This document shows positions 1 through 9,618 of a stretch of 64,000 nt of DNA, piece after piece. Each line of letters opens with the position of its first letter. Position 1 is the stretch's first letter. Made by a program: the position numbers and the translations under genes. The notes under the pieces are model-generated. The model saw nothing but the letters and a program-made list of their open reading frames with translations. It was not told the DNA's origin and did no database searches. The DNA is from an uncultured Christensenella sp. (GTDB lineage Bacteria; Bacillota; Clostridia; Christensenellales; UBA1242): assembly GCA_949300385.1 (NCBI GenBank), contig CASGDZ010000001.1, forward strand, positions 6,152-70,151. Reading direction: 5' to 3'.

Positions 1-1
1 T

Positions 2-826
2 ACCTTTTTCACAGAGTACATGTCTAAATCCTAAAAAATCAATTCCGTTTTTAAGCCTGCCAATTTGTGTTTTGCTGTTAAGGGATAAATCAAGTTCTTC
101 CTTTACACATTTTTCGATTTCTTGTTTGCAGAATTTAAGATATTCTTTATTGTTATGAACTAAAATCATGTCGTCCATATAGCGAACGTAATACTTTATT
201 CGTAGTTTTTCTTTAATCAATCTATCAACCTTGTTCAGATAAAATAATGCAAACCATTGGCTTGTTTGATTTCCAATAGGAAGCCCAACTTTTGTGTCGT
301 TGTTTTTGCTTTGTAATATGGTGTTTATAAACCATAAATCTTCTTCATCAAGTGATGTTTTTGCCAGATTTTTAAGTAAAATTTCGTGATTAATGCTTTG
401 AAAATATTTTTTAATATCACATTTCAAAAAATATCCAGACTCGCCAAATTTGTGATAATAATTCTTTAAAAATTTATGCAATCTTTGAATGCCAAAAAAT
501 GTTCCTTTGCCTTTTCGGCAAGCAACATTGTCATAAATTAAAGATTTTTCTAACTTTTTCTCAATTATATTCGAGCAAAACGCCATTAACACAACTCTAT
601 CCTTGTATGAAAGTGCTTCAATTATTCGTTCTTTTGGCTCAAATATTTTAAATATTTTATATTTGCCCGGTTTATATTTTTTACTAAAAATGTCTTTTGA
701 TAAACTAGTTAAATTTTGTGATATATTTATTTCAAAGGAGACTGTATCTTTCCTATGTTGCTTAGAAACTCTGCACTTTTTGTGTGCGTCAAATAATTTT
801 TCAAATGTAAAAGCTTCTTCTAACAA
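2..826 (-). CDS. DGR-type reverse transcriptase (5' part; runs off the left window edge)
   Basis: Manual minus-strand translation from TTG at 826 (AAGGAG at 835-840): LLEEAFTFEKLF...FEPKERII...KCDIKKYFQSI...GLPIGNQTSQWFA...YYVRYMDDMI...GIDFLGF. GxxxSQ plus YMDD is the DGR RT signature. Missing from the ORF track because it has no stop in the window. Confidence 0.95.
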   Translation of the reverse strand, partial: MLEEAFTFEKLFDAHKKCRVSKQHRKDTVSFEINISQNLTSLSKDIFSKKYKPGKYKIFKIFEPKERIIEALSYKDRVVLMAFCSNIIEKKLEKSLIYDNVACRKGKGTFFGIQRLHKFLKNYYHKFGESGYFLKCDIKKYFQSINHEILLKNLAKTSLDEEDLWFINTILQSKNNDTKVGLPIGNQTSQWFALFYLNKVDRLIKEKLRIKYYVRYMDDMILVHNNKEYLKFCKQEIEKCVKEELDLSLNSKTQIGRLKNGIDFLGFRHVLCEKG

Positions 827-855
827 ATTATATGCTCCTTTATATATTTAAAACG

Positions 856-946
856 ATGGTCATCTTCCTTTCGGTAAACTTTCAAAGATTTCTCGTTGAT
901 TGTCAAGATGACCGTATTCTTCTATCTCTTATAAAGAGAGTAGAAA
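856..946 (-). other. Structured DGR spacer between TR and RT
   Basis: Inverted repeat ATGGTCATCTT (856-866) / AAGATGACCGT (905-915) plus a second hairpin at about 920-946, in the position of the DGR RNA 3' spacer. Confidence 0.5.
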
Positions 947-1041
947 AGATAAGATTCCTTTGCCTTACACACTGTATTGTTTTACATAAAACAATCATAA
1001 ACTGGCTGTTTTTTAACAAGCGGAAACTCGTTCTTCAAAGG

Positions 1042-1152
1042 CAAATCTGGACACAGCCCAGCGCTCTTTTTGTTTGCATTGTTATTGTTAAGCGAGCCAT
1101 CATTTTTAACTTTGTTTACATTATTCTTAGTGTTGGCCGAGCGCAGCCAAAA
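1042..1152 (-). repeat. DGR template repeat (TR)
   Basis: Lies between avd and RT. The minus strand reads WLRSANTKNNVNKVKNDGSLNNNNANKKSAGLCPDL, rich in AAC/AAT codons and matching the WLRS...G...GxxPxL C-terminal pattern of Firmicute DGR targets. Boundaries are approximate. Confidence 0.85.
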
Positions 1153-1209
1153 GAGACCAGGTTAAACAACAATCTTATCTTAATTAAAGCGTCGCCGCTA
1201 TAATCCAAT

Positions 1210-1779
1210 TTATTTGCAAAATCTATTGGCATCACTTTTACGCCAAGCAACCAAAAGATTTATACAATCGGCCACTTGTAGAGAAATTTGTTCATACTGT
1301 TTTTTAAGTATGCACCCACTTTCTAATGATAAGAAGGACATATATCCAAGCAGCTTTAATTTTAAAAATGCTTGATGTTGACACTCTTTTCTTCTTTCTT
1401 TGTTTTTAATGTTATCTATCCGCATTGAGTTGGCTTCAATAAGATATTCAAGACAATCTAAACAGTAATTTTGTATTCTATTTACAAAAACAGCACGAAA
1501 TTTTTTTGGGGATTTTTCTGTTATAGTTATCACATAGGCAGATAGTTTTTTAGTTTTCGTAATAACGAGTAATTCGCTTGAATTTTGCCTTATCTTTGTG
1601 TCTTTGTCAATATCTTCGAGTTCCTGTAAAAAAACTTTATTTTCTAAAAATTTCTTTTCATTTCCTTTTGCAACTCCTTTAGCAGTTGCAATTTTATCTT
1701 CGTCACTTTCTTTTCTGTTATCGGCCATAGGAATGGTCATTTGAAGCTGGCTCCATTGATTTGTTCCTTGTTTATCCAT
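1210..1779 (-). CDS. avd: DGR accessory variability determinant (Avd-like four-helix bundle) with N-terminal extension
   Basis: Basic helical protein (ELLVITK...SPKKFRAVFVNRIQ...LIEAN...QYEQIS...LLVAWRKSD) directly upstream of TR and RT. Confidence 0.88.
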   Translation of the reverse strand: MDKQGTNQWSQLQMTIPMADNRKESDEDKIATAKGVAKGNEKKFLENKVFLQELEDIDKDTKIRQNSSELLVITKTKKLSAYVITITEKSPKKFRAVFVNRIQNYCLDCLEYLIEANSMRIDNIKNKERRKECQHQAFLKLKLLGYMSFLSLESGCILKKQYEQISLQVADCINLLVAWRKSDANRFCK

Positions 1780-2059
1780 AAAACTTAATCTCCATCATTT
1801 TTACAAGTCTATAGGTTTTATATAATTTATTTTTAAAATATTTTATCATATTTTATTTATTGTTTCAATAAATTTTTCAAGATAGAAATTTTAAACATTT
1901 ATATAACTGTTCAAAAAAAACTATTAAAACTCAAATAAATTTATTCATTTTTAAAAAATATTATTTAACACATTATAACAAGACTTTTAACTATAAAATA
2001 AGAGATTTTAAGGGATTTGATAACACTAAAACAACTTGAAAAATAAATTTTATTTACAC

Positions 2060-2104
2060 CTCTTAATCAGTGGGTCCGGGGTTCGAGTCCCCGAGGGTCC
2101 ACCA
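2060..2104 (+). mobile_element. tRNA-Lys(CTT) 3' fragment, probable att junction of an integrated element
   Basis: CTCTTAATCAGTGGGTCCGGGGTTCGAGTCCCCGAGGGTCCACCA starts exactly at the anticodon loop and ends in CCA. No tRNA 5' half lies upstream. Confidence 0.8.
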
Positions 2105-2111
2105 CGAAAAC

Positions 2112-2140
2112 AAAAGCACTAGATAAGTCTAGTGTTTTTT
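2112..2140 (+). terminator. Intrinsic terminator after the tRNA fragment
   Basis: GCACTAGA-TAAG-TCTAGTGT hairpin followed by a T run. Confidence 0.7.
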
Positions 2141-2144
2141 ATTA

Positions 2145-2295
2145 GGACCCACTGATTAGGGGTCCCCATAAGTTAATGAAGTAGACTTATGGAGTAAAGG
2201 CAAAAGCAAATGAAAAGGCGAATTTGCATAAAGCAAATCGCGAAGAATGAGACTTTTGTCGCGGGTCCGGGGTTCGAGTCCCTGAAGGTACATCA
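2145..2295 (-). repeat. tRNA-associated element, family B, at tRNA-Lys(CTT)
   Basis: Second tRNA 3' copy at 2263-2295 (29/33 identical). Core has CCTTTACTCC-hairpin-GGGGACCCC on the minus strand. Bases 2145-2158 are an inverted copy of tRNA 2065-2077 region (TAATCAGTGGGTCC). Confidence 0.75.
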
Positions 2296-2329
2296 ACAAA
2301 AAATGAAAAATATTCGTTCTTTTTTATGA

Positions 2330-2884
2330 TTAAAAATTGTTATAAATATTAAAGATTTTTATCTCTGCATTTTTAAAATTTCTTAAATGTTTAGGATTGT
2401 TAAAATCAATATCGACTTTAGATATTATATCGGCAAGAAAACTAGCAATTACATTGTGAGTGACAATTAATACATTTTCATATTTGTTATTTGATATTAT
2501 TTCATTTATAAAATTTTTAGCCCTTTTAAAAGCACTTTCGTACGATTCCATTCCACAACTAGCACTACGCATAGATTTTAAAATTTTTTCTTCTTCGGTC
2601 AAACCTGCTTTTATTTTCCCTGAAAATATACCTTGGTCAATTTCAATTAGTCTATTATCTTTAATAATTTTAACATTATGATATTTATTCATAATATTTG
2701 CTGTCTGCATAGTTCGCATTAGGGGAGAAGAAAAAATAATGTCAAATTTTGTATTTTTGAATATATTAGCAGTTTGTTCTACCATGAATTTTCCTGTTTG
2801 ACTCAATCTATTATTTCTATAGCCTTGTGTTATTCCCTTTTCGTTCCAAATAGTCGTTCCGTGACGCAATATATATATTTTCAT
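2330..2884 (-). CDS. Histidine phosphatase (phosphoglycerate mutase family)
   Basis: RHG motif at the N-terminus, SSPLxR, late VTH. Confidence 0.9.
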   Translation of the reverse strand: MKIYILRHGTTIWNEKGITQGYRNNRLSQTGKFMVEQTANIFKNTKFDIIFSSPLMRTMQTANIMNKYHNVKIIKDNRLIEIDQGIFSGKIKAGLTEEEKILKSMRSASCGMESYESAFKRAKNFINEIISNNKYENVLIVTHNVIASFLADIISKVDIDFNNPKHLRNFKNAEIKIFNIYNNF

Positions 2885-3042
2885 TTTTGCTCCAAAATAA
2901 TAAAAGATTAAATAGTGTTATTTCATTGTATCATAAAATATAAAAATTGTAAATTTTATTGAAATTTTATATGATCAATTATCTAAAATTAATTCATTTT
3001 TAATAATTTTTGTAATATAATTGTTGTAAAGGTGGATTAAAT

Positions 3043-3564
3043 ATGCTTTGGTTTTGTATTGTAGGATTTTTATTTGTATCTATATTTGGAGCGCTTTCGC
3101 ATTTTTTTTATAAGTGGAGTGGGGAGAATTATATCATTGGTATCATTTTCCCTGTAAACGAAAGCACATGGGAGCATTTAAAATTATCAATTTTTCCAAC
3201 GCTTGTATATTTCTTAATAGGTGCAATTTTTTATAAAAATCCAAATTATTTATTTGCATTTTTTATAACATTAATTACACCAATGGTTCTAATACCTTTA
3301 ATATTTTATACAAATACTGTTTTTACTAAAAAATCAATACTTATAGTTGACATATTGTCTTATTTTGTTTCAGTATTGACAGCATTTATATTCTGTTATT
3401 TTATATTGGCACATTCTGCCTTAAATTCTGCATTTAATATAATCGCAGTTGTTGGAATCTTGCTAGTAATGATCGCTTATTTAACCTTTACAATATTTAC
3501 TCCAAAATTAGAGATATTTAAAGACCCAGTTACAAAAACATATGGCATTAAAAAATTAAGTTAA
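3043..3564 (+). CDS. Conserved membrane protein (DUF6512-like)
   Basis: Hydrophobic, with HFFYKW and PVNESTWEHLKL motifs. Confidence 0.7.
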   Translation: MLWFCIVGFLFVSIFGALSHFFYKWSGENYIIGIIFPVNESTWEHLKLSIFPTLVYFLIGAIFYKNPNYLFAFFITLITPMVLIPLIFYTNTVFTKKSILIVDILSYFVSVLTAFIFCYFILAHSALNSAFNIIAVVGILLVMIAYLTFTIFTPKLEIFKDPVTKTYGIKKLS

Positions 3565-3570
3565 AAAATA

Positions 3571-3600
3571 AAAAAGTTAAAACTAATGTTTTAACTTTTT
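3571..3600. terminator. Bidirectional terminator
   Basis: AAAAAGTTAAAAC-TAAT-GTTTTAACTTTTT between convergent genes. Confidence 0.8.
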
Positions 3601-3604
3601 ACTA

Positions 3605-4087
3605 TTATTTACGCTTATTGTCAGTTATATTGTCTACTGCAATTACGAGTGCAATACAAAATGGAATATCTTCTTCATTTGCTTCAAGTTCAAAAGAATC
3701 TCTAATAAATGTAATTTCTCGGCGTATTTTACCTATAATCTTGCCATTTCTAACTATGTTACATGATAGTGAAAATATTTTACCATCCAATTTAATTTCA
3801 TCTTTGTAACCTTCTATAAAATAGTCATTTTTAAAATTAAACCATTTATCTTTAACTGTTGCTATCTTATTATTGTCATTGTCATAGATAAATGCTTTAT
3901 GAACAAACCAATTAAACCATTTATTTCTAATAGTATATAATTTATTGCCTTGCAAATCATAGAGATATTTTTTTCTAGTGATAGAGAAGACTTTACCTTT
4001 TACTTCATAAACTGGATTCTTGTTTTCATCAACAACGGACGAACTTCCACCTAATGAAATTAACTTATTTTTAATATAAACTTTCAT
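3605..4087 (-). CDS. LURP-one/scramblase (tubby C-terminal-like) protein
   Basis: YIKNKLISLGG...YEVKGK...ALVIAVD pattern. Confidence 0.8.
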   Translation of the reverse strand: MKVYIKNKLISLGGSSSVVDENKNPVYEVKGKVFSITRKKYLYDLQGNKLYTIRNKWFNWFVHKAFIYDNDNNKIATVKDKWFNFKNDYFIEGYKDEIKLDGKIFSLSCNIVRNGKIIGKIRREITFIRDSFELEANEEDIPFCIALVIAVDNITDNKRK

Positions 4088-4097
4088 TTATAACTCC

Positions 4098-4604
4098 TTA
4101 AAATGCTTTTCTTAAATAGACGATTAAAGCGATTATGATAGCAATCCATACAACGACTTTAAATAGTGTGTTAATTCTTTTTCGAGTTTTTGCTTGTTTA
4201 TCTACAAAATATTCATTTTCTATCTCTTCAAATTCGTTTTGCGTTTCAATTTCCAATACACGACCTTGTTGTTTTAATGGATTGTACCTTAATTTAATAT
4301 CATTTGTTTCATTTAGTTTAAACTTAAATTGTGCTTTTATTGAAATACATTTTTTATCATACCAAGGTTCAAATATGCCAAAAATACTAATGACAAAACT
4401 AATGAACGAATACAACCACCACAATTTACTCTTTAATTCAAGTTCTCTATAAACGCTGACTACAATTTCGTCCTTTTCAGTTGAGTAATTAGTTTGATAT
4501 GAACCATATGAATTCTTTTTTAATTTTTGATATTGTCCATCGACAGATAGGAGAGGTTTAATTTTTGAATTTGCACCAACTAATTTTATTTTAACAGTTT
4601 TCAT
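4098..4604 (-). CDS. Hypothetical membrane protein
   Basis: 168 aa ORF with two hydrophobic segments, in an operon with its neighbours. Confidence 0.7.
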   Translation of the reverse strand: MKTVKIKLVGANSKIKPLLSVDGQYQKLKKNSYGSYQTNYSTEKDEIVVSVYRELELKSKLWWLYSFISFVISIFGIFEPWYDKKCISIKAQFKFKLNETNDIKLRYNPLKQQGRVLEIETQNEFEEIENEYFVDKQAKTRKRINTLFKVVVWIAIIIALIVYLRKAF

Positions 4605-5041
4605 TAAATCACCCCCAAAGCGATTATAATCGCAACTATTATTGCAAGGACGACAACTATAGAGGATATGACAATTCTAGCGACTGGGCGTTCGCGTCTA
4701 TCAACTAAAAGCAATATTAACGAAATGATAGACAATATGATAGTCAAAGTTATAAATAATGAAGCATGCTCCAAAAAGAAACTAGAAATCTCTGCCGATA
4801 TTCGCGAAGCCGATGTTAATTTATCCCAATAATTTGGTACAAGAACAAAGATTGTACCAATTGTAACTAAAATTAAGGTTAATCCTATCAATAATATAAT
4901 CGCGGTAGAAATAAAAGAAACAACCCCCACAAAGCATAACACTAAACAAATAATGGACATGTTCGAAAATATTTTTCCCATTCTAATACAAAAAGATAAG
5001 AAGTCGTATTTAAATGTAGAAGGAATGTTTGAATTATCCAT
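4604..5041 (-). CDS. Hypothetical multi-pass membrane protein
   Basis: About 4 hydrophobic segments. Start moved to ATG 5041, which follows GGAGG. Confidence 0.7.
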   Translation of the reverse strand: MDNSNIPSTFKYDFLSFCIRMGKIFSNMSIICLVLCFVGVVSFISTAIILLIGLTLILVTIGTIFVLVPNYWDKLTSASRISAEISSFFLEHASLFITLTIILSIISLILLLVDRRERPVARIVISSIVVVLAIIVAIIIALGVI

Positions 5042-5217
5042 AAGCCCTCCTATAAAATAATTTATTAATTTTATGATAGCATATAAAATATTATGTGTCA
5101 AATAATTTAATATATTAAAATGATATAATCTTTTCTATTTTTTAATACATTTAATCGTATTCGCATTACATATAAAATCATGCTTATAAAATTTATATTA
5201 TCGACATAAAATACAAT

Positions 5218-6270
5218 ATGAAAAAAATTGTATTTACAGGTGGCGGAACTTTAGGGCATGTAATGCCAAATTTGTATTTGATTGAAGACCTTTCAAAAAA
5301 ATATGAAATTAATTACATAGGTTCAAATGGTCTTGAAAAAAACATGGTCGGGAATAAAAATATTAATTTTTATGAAATACCGACTGTTAAACTTGTTAGA
5401 GGTAAAATATTAAAAAATCTTAAAATTCCTTTTGTTTTAATTAAATCAATTTATAAAGCAAAAAAATTATTAAAAGAAATCAAGCCAGATATCATTTTTA
5501 GTAAGGGCGGGTATGTTTCGCTCCCTGTTTGTATTGCAGGACGAATGTTAAATATCCCTATTATTGCGCATGAGAGTGATTATTCATTTGGACTTAGTAA
5601 CAAAATTATTTTAAAATTATGCAATAAAATGTGTGTTAATTTTGAGCATTTAACAAATAAAGATAAAAAGATTATTTATACGGGTCCAATTTTTAGTCGC
5701 GAATATGAAATGACTGAAAAAGCAAAAAAACTTAAATTAGACAAAAATAAACAAACCCTTTTAATTGTTGGCGGGTCATTAGGTTCAAAAAAAATTAATG
5801 AATTGATTTATTCCATTTTGAACGATTTGTTAAAAAATTTTAATGTCATTCATATTACAGGAAAAGGAAATAAAAAATACGATTCTTTCGATAATTACAA
5901 TGCCTTTGAATCTTTTAATAATATGGTTGAATTATATAATTCGTGTGATATAGTAATTGGAAGAAGTGGAGCAGGTGTTACAAGTGAGAGTTTTTACAAG
6001 AAAAAGCCAATGTTACTTATTCCACTTGAAAATAGTGCTACGCGTGGCGACCAACTATTGAACGCAAAATTCTACGAAAATTTAGGTGTGGCAGAAATAT
6101 TGCGTGAACCTGACTTGAATGCAAATAAATTATTGACGACTATAAAAAATATAAGTAAAAATTTAGTAAAATATAAAGATAATTATTCACATATAAAATT
6201 AGTTAATGGTCGTCAAACAATTTTAAAGTTAATAGATGAAATGTTATCAAATAATTCATTGATTAAATAA
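5218..6270 (+). CDS. murG: UDP-GlcNAc:lipid I N-acetylglucosaminyltransferase
   Basis: GGGTLGHVMP, KGGYVSLP, GGSLGS and RSGA motifs. Confidence 0.95.
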   Translation: MKKIVFTGGGTLGHVMPNLYLIEDLSKKYEINYIGSNGLEKNMVGNKNINFYEIPTVKLVRGKILKNLKIPFVLIKSIYKAKKLLKEIKPDIIFSKGGYVSLPVCIAGRMLNIPIIAHESDYSFGLSNKIILKLCNKMCVNFEHLTNKDKKIIYTGPIFSREYEMTEKAKKLKLDKNKQTLLIVGGSLGSKKINELIYSILNDLLKNFNVIHITGKGNKKYDSFDNYNAFESFNNMVELYNSCDIVIGRSGAGVTSESFYKKKPMLLIPLENSATRGDQLLNAKFYENLGVAEILREPDLNANKLLTTIKNISKNLVKYKDNYSHIKLVNGRQTILKLIDEMLSNNSLIK

Positions 6271-6417
6271 TACTAAACGATTAATAGATTAGTTATTAAC
6301 ATAAAAAATAATTTTATTATAAATTAATAAATTTTAATTTTGATTCGTTAACAAATTAGAACCCTGATAAATAAAAAATGATAACCAGATTTAGATTATC
6401 ATTTTATTATGTTTATG

Positions 6418-7156
6418 TTAATCGTCATTAAGGGTGTTTTCGTTCGTTTTTTCTTCGTTTTCTAAATTAGTTCCCGTTATTACGACCTTTTTATTTTCTT
6501 TAATCATTCGTGCTATTAAAGGTAGAGCATCGCCTAAACGCTCAACATTGCTTTCTTCTTGCTCATCGTCAATTAAGGTTATATTTACTTGTGGTTCTTT
6601 TTTGTTGTTTCTTTTTAATGCAGCTCGATAATCCATTTCCGCCATTTTGATTTTGTAGGAAGAATCACTAACTGTTTCAATTAAATCTTCTTTAAATTTT
6701 TCAGTTTCAAATTCTTTTTTCTTTATATTGAAGTCATTTGAATTTTCGAAAACCTTTAAATAAGCTTTGACATCTTCTATTTTTCCTTTCTTTTTTATAA
6801 GTTTATAAAGGTATTTATTAATTTTTTCTTCTGGAGATTTTTTTAAAAATAAAAGTCCCGCACCGATACAACATACAGGAACTATTAATAAAAACAATCC
6901 CCACAAAGTTTTCAAACTTATAGCAATGGTCATTAAAAGACTGAGAAGTGAAGTCCACATAATTGATAAGAAATCATAAAAAAAAATTTGATTTTAATCG
7001 TTCATGTACATTAATAACATTTTTTAATTTATCATAATTTTGATAAGTTAAATTTTTTAATGTTGAATCGAGATGATATTTGATAATGTCTTCAATTTTA
7101 TTGTACTCTCTATATTCTTCTGCACTAAAACTATTGATATTTTTATCTATGTTCAT
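6418..7156 (-). pseudogene. Hypothetical membrane protein split by a +1 frameshift
   Basis: ORFs 6974-7156 and 6418-6960 join in frame if one base is removed from the A9 run at 6978-6986. Confidence 0.6.
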
Positions 7157-7362
7157 AAAATACTCCTAAAAAGTTAATTAGGAGAATTATAACATAAATT
7201 TACAATTTGTCGATATTAAATTTAAATTTATTTAGTAGATTAGGTTTGTTTTGTACGACTAAATTATATTATTTAACTAATTGATTAAATTTTTTTCTAA
7301 TTATATAGTTGCTTAATATTTACGTCAATAACAAAATATGTTGATTAGATTAGCCCTTTTAA

Positions 7363-8247
7363 CTAATTTGAAGCGATATTTTGGATTAATTTTTCTGCAA
7401 TCACAAATATTTGTTTGCTTTCAGAAGTGGAGCAGGTTTTTAATTTCTTTTTTGTAGGTTGTCCACATATGTTAAAGATTTTTGGGCCTATCCATTCGTG
7501 ATAATCGCACGAACTATAAATTCCTTTTAATACATTCAATGTCGCTTTTTCTACATTTGGGAAAAGTAGTTTTATTCCAATTTTCACTAACCAATTTATT
7601 GCTTTCGGATAATGATTTGTCATATTTGTCAGTGTGACGCCAGGGTGGACGATAGACAATTTAACTTTTTTTTCTCGTTTAAATAACTCATATAAACTAA
7701 ACATCAAGAAGCGCTTTGAATTTCCATAAATTTTGCTTGATTTTTTTTCATTAGAGAAATCAATATCATTTTTGTTTATCTTCGAATAATTGTGAGCAAT
7801 ACTACCGAGTGCAATAACATGTCCGTTTGTTTGTTGTAAATTTTTAAACAAATTTTTTACCATGATATATTGCGATAAAAAATTAATTTGAAATATATTG
7901 TTGTATCCCAATTCTGTTTTGTATATAGGTACATTGTATACACCGGCGTTTAAGATAAGTATGTCAATAGAAAAACTTTTTAATTTTTCAATTGCATTAT
8001 TTAAAGACGATATATTTGATAAATCACATTCAATTATATGGATTTTGATTTTTTCATTATTATTTTTTAAATCATGTGCTTGTTTTTCAGCCTTATTCAT
8101 ATCTCGATCAATCAAAATAAGGTTTGCGTTTAATTTTGCGAGATATCTGCATACACAATTTCCAATACCGCCTGTTGACCCAGTTATTGCAATTGTTTTA
8201 TTAGATAAATCGCTACAATTATCATCTATCCACTTATTTATATTCAT
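7363..8247 (-). CDS. Short-chain dehydrogenase/reductase
   Basis: TGSTGGIG, LNAG, YGNSK (YxxxK) and HPG motifs. Confidence 0.92.
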   Translation of the reverse strand: MNINKWIDDNCSDLSNKTIAITGSTGGIGNCVCRYLAKLNANLILIDRDMNKAEKQAHDLKNNNEKIKIHIIECDLSNISSLNNAIEKLKSFSIDILILNAGVYNVPIYKTELGYNNIFQINFLSQYIMVKNLFKNLQQTNGHVIALGSIAHNYSKINKNDIDFSNEKKSSKIYGNSKRFLMFSLYELFKREKKVKLSIVHPGVTLTNMTNHYPKAINWLVKIGIKLLFPNVEKATLNVLKGIYSSCDYHEWIGPKIFNICGQPTKKKLKTCSTSESKQIFVIAEKLIQNIASN

Positions 8248-8307
8248 GCTTCAATTATAATACAAAAACATGAAGAAATAAAGCGAACTATTAGGATAAA
8301 TAAAAAA

Positions 8308-8435
8308 TGGTGCGTCAAGAGGGGTGAGCGCGTAAAGAAAACAGTTAATAACTGTTTTTAGCTAGCGAACGGGAGCAATCTATGATTGCGGTCCGCCCGA
8401 CAAGGGTCGAACCCGAAAGAGGGGGTTCGAATCCC
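8308..8435 (+). repeat. tRNA-associated element, family A, at tRNA-Arg
   Basis: 16-bp copy of the tRNA end (8308-8323), 72-bp core shared with 10122-10193, and 8421-8435 equal to the exact reverse complement of 8469-8483. Confidence 0.85.
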
Positions 8436-8455
8436 AAATCTATATAATAAAAAAA

Positions 8456-8532
8456 TGGTGCGTCAAGAGGGATTCGAACCCCCGACCCCCGCCTTAGAAG
8501 GGCGATGCTCTATCCAACTGAGCTATTGACGC
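8456..8532 (-). tRNA. tRNA-Arg(TCT)
   Basis: Cloverleaf, anticodon loop CTTCTAA, GTTCGAA T-loop, CCA end. Confidence 0.95.
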
Positions 8533-8748
8533 ATACCAAATACACAATATTTTACCATTATAAAATATCTTTGTCAATAATTTCGTGTAAAATTTACAAA
8601 TTTTTATATTTTATTGTAAGTTTATATGTTTAATTTATATAAAATTCAATTATTGTGTTTTCATTTAAATATGGATTTTAAAAATCTGATATTGACAATT
8701 TGAATGTTAATGTTATAATATTAACAAAATTTAAAAATAGGAGAGAAT

Positions 8749-9618
8749 ATGGAAGAATTTAAGAAAAATGACAAATATGATGAGGCAATTTTAAAAAGTA
8801 ATGATCGATTCAAATATTTTGTTAAAGAAGTTGAAAATATGAATTTAAGTACTATTTTAAATTTTCAAATTCCTTTAGAAATATCAAAACAATTAAATGA
8901 ACAAAATATTCAAATTGTAAATTGGTTTAAATTATTTGAAAGTTTTGATATTTGTTCAGTAAGTGATTTATCAGAAAAAATGGATCGAGTTTTTGTAAAA
9001 TTCGTTTTTGATAAGAATACAAATCAATGCAAAGCATTAAAATTATTATCAAAAGATAAACTTAATGAAATAGTAATAGAAGGAGAAGAATTAACGGATT
9101 TAATAAATGTATTGAACTTAAATGGAGTAGATGTTAATGTACCATATCGCCGATATACTATAAATGATTATATTCGATTAGATATGTTTGATAAAAACTT
9201 TCAAACAAATTCACATGAAGAAATTTTAAAAAATTTACAAAAAATGAGTTGCCAATTATTCAAACAAGATAGCTTTACCTTATTTTATATTAAGCAAATG
9301 ATTAAAGAAAAGATCATGCCACTAATAGAAGAATTGAAATCTATACAAAAAGCATGTGACATTAGTGAGAAGCAAAGAGAAATTAATAAATTAATTTCAT
9401 GTTATAAAGAAATTTTAGAAACTAAACAATACGAGTATAAGTTATATCAAAGAGCGCAAGATCTTAAAAATGGAGGATATGGCGCATATGTAAAATATTT
9501 AACTAGTATGTTGGATAAATTCCACCACAATAGAATTGATGATACAATTGTTAACAAAAATGAAATTAAGGCAAAAAATTGCGAACAATTAATGAACGAT
9601 TTTAATAATAATTTATAG
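8749..9618 (+). CDS. Hypothetical protein
   Basis: 289 aa ORF with AGGAG RBS and a TTGACA-17-TATAAT promoter upstream; no recognisable motif. Confidence 0.75.
   Translation: MEEFKKNDKYDEAILKSNDRFKYFVKEVENMNLSTILNFQIPLEISKQLNEQNIQIVNWFKLFESFDICSVSDLSEKMDRVFVKFVFDKNTNQCKALKLLSKDKLNEIVIEGEELTDLINVLNLNGVDVNVPYRRYTINDYIRLDMFDKNFQTNSHEEILKNLQKMSCQLFKQDSFTLFYIKQMIKEKIMPLIEELKSIQKACDISEKQREINKLISCYKEILETKQYEYKLYQRAQDLKNGGYGAYVKYLTSMLDKFHHNRIDDTIVNKNEIKAKNCEQLMNDFNNNL

Noticed and set aside
1-826. Idea that the DGR RT generated the tRNA-linked elements
   Set aside because: Only proximity to one copy supports it. The elements show no adenine-specific mutation pattern, and two of them copy the antisense strand.
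603-1203. Plus-strand ORFs 603-851 and 832-1203
   Set aside because: They are antisense shadows of the RT, spacer and TR.
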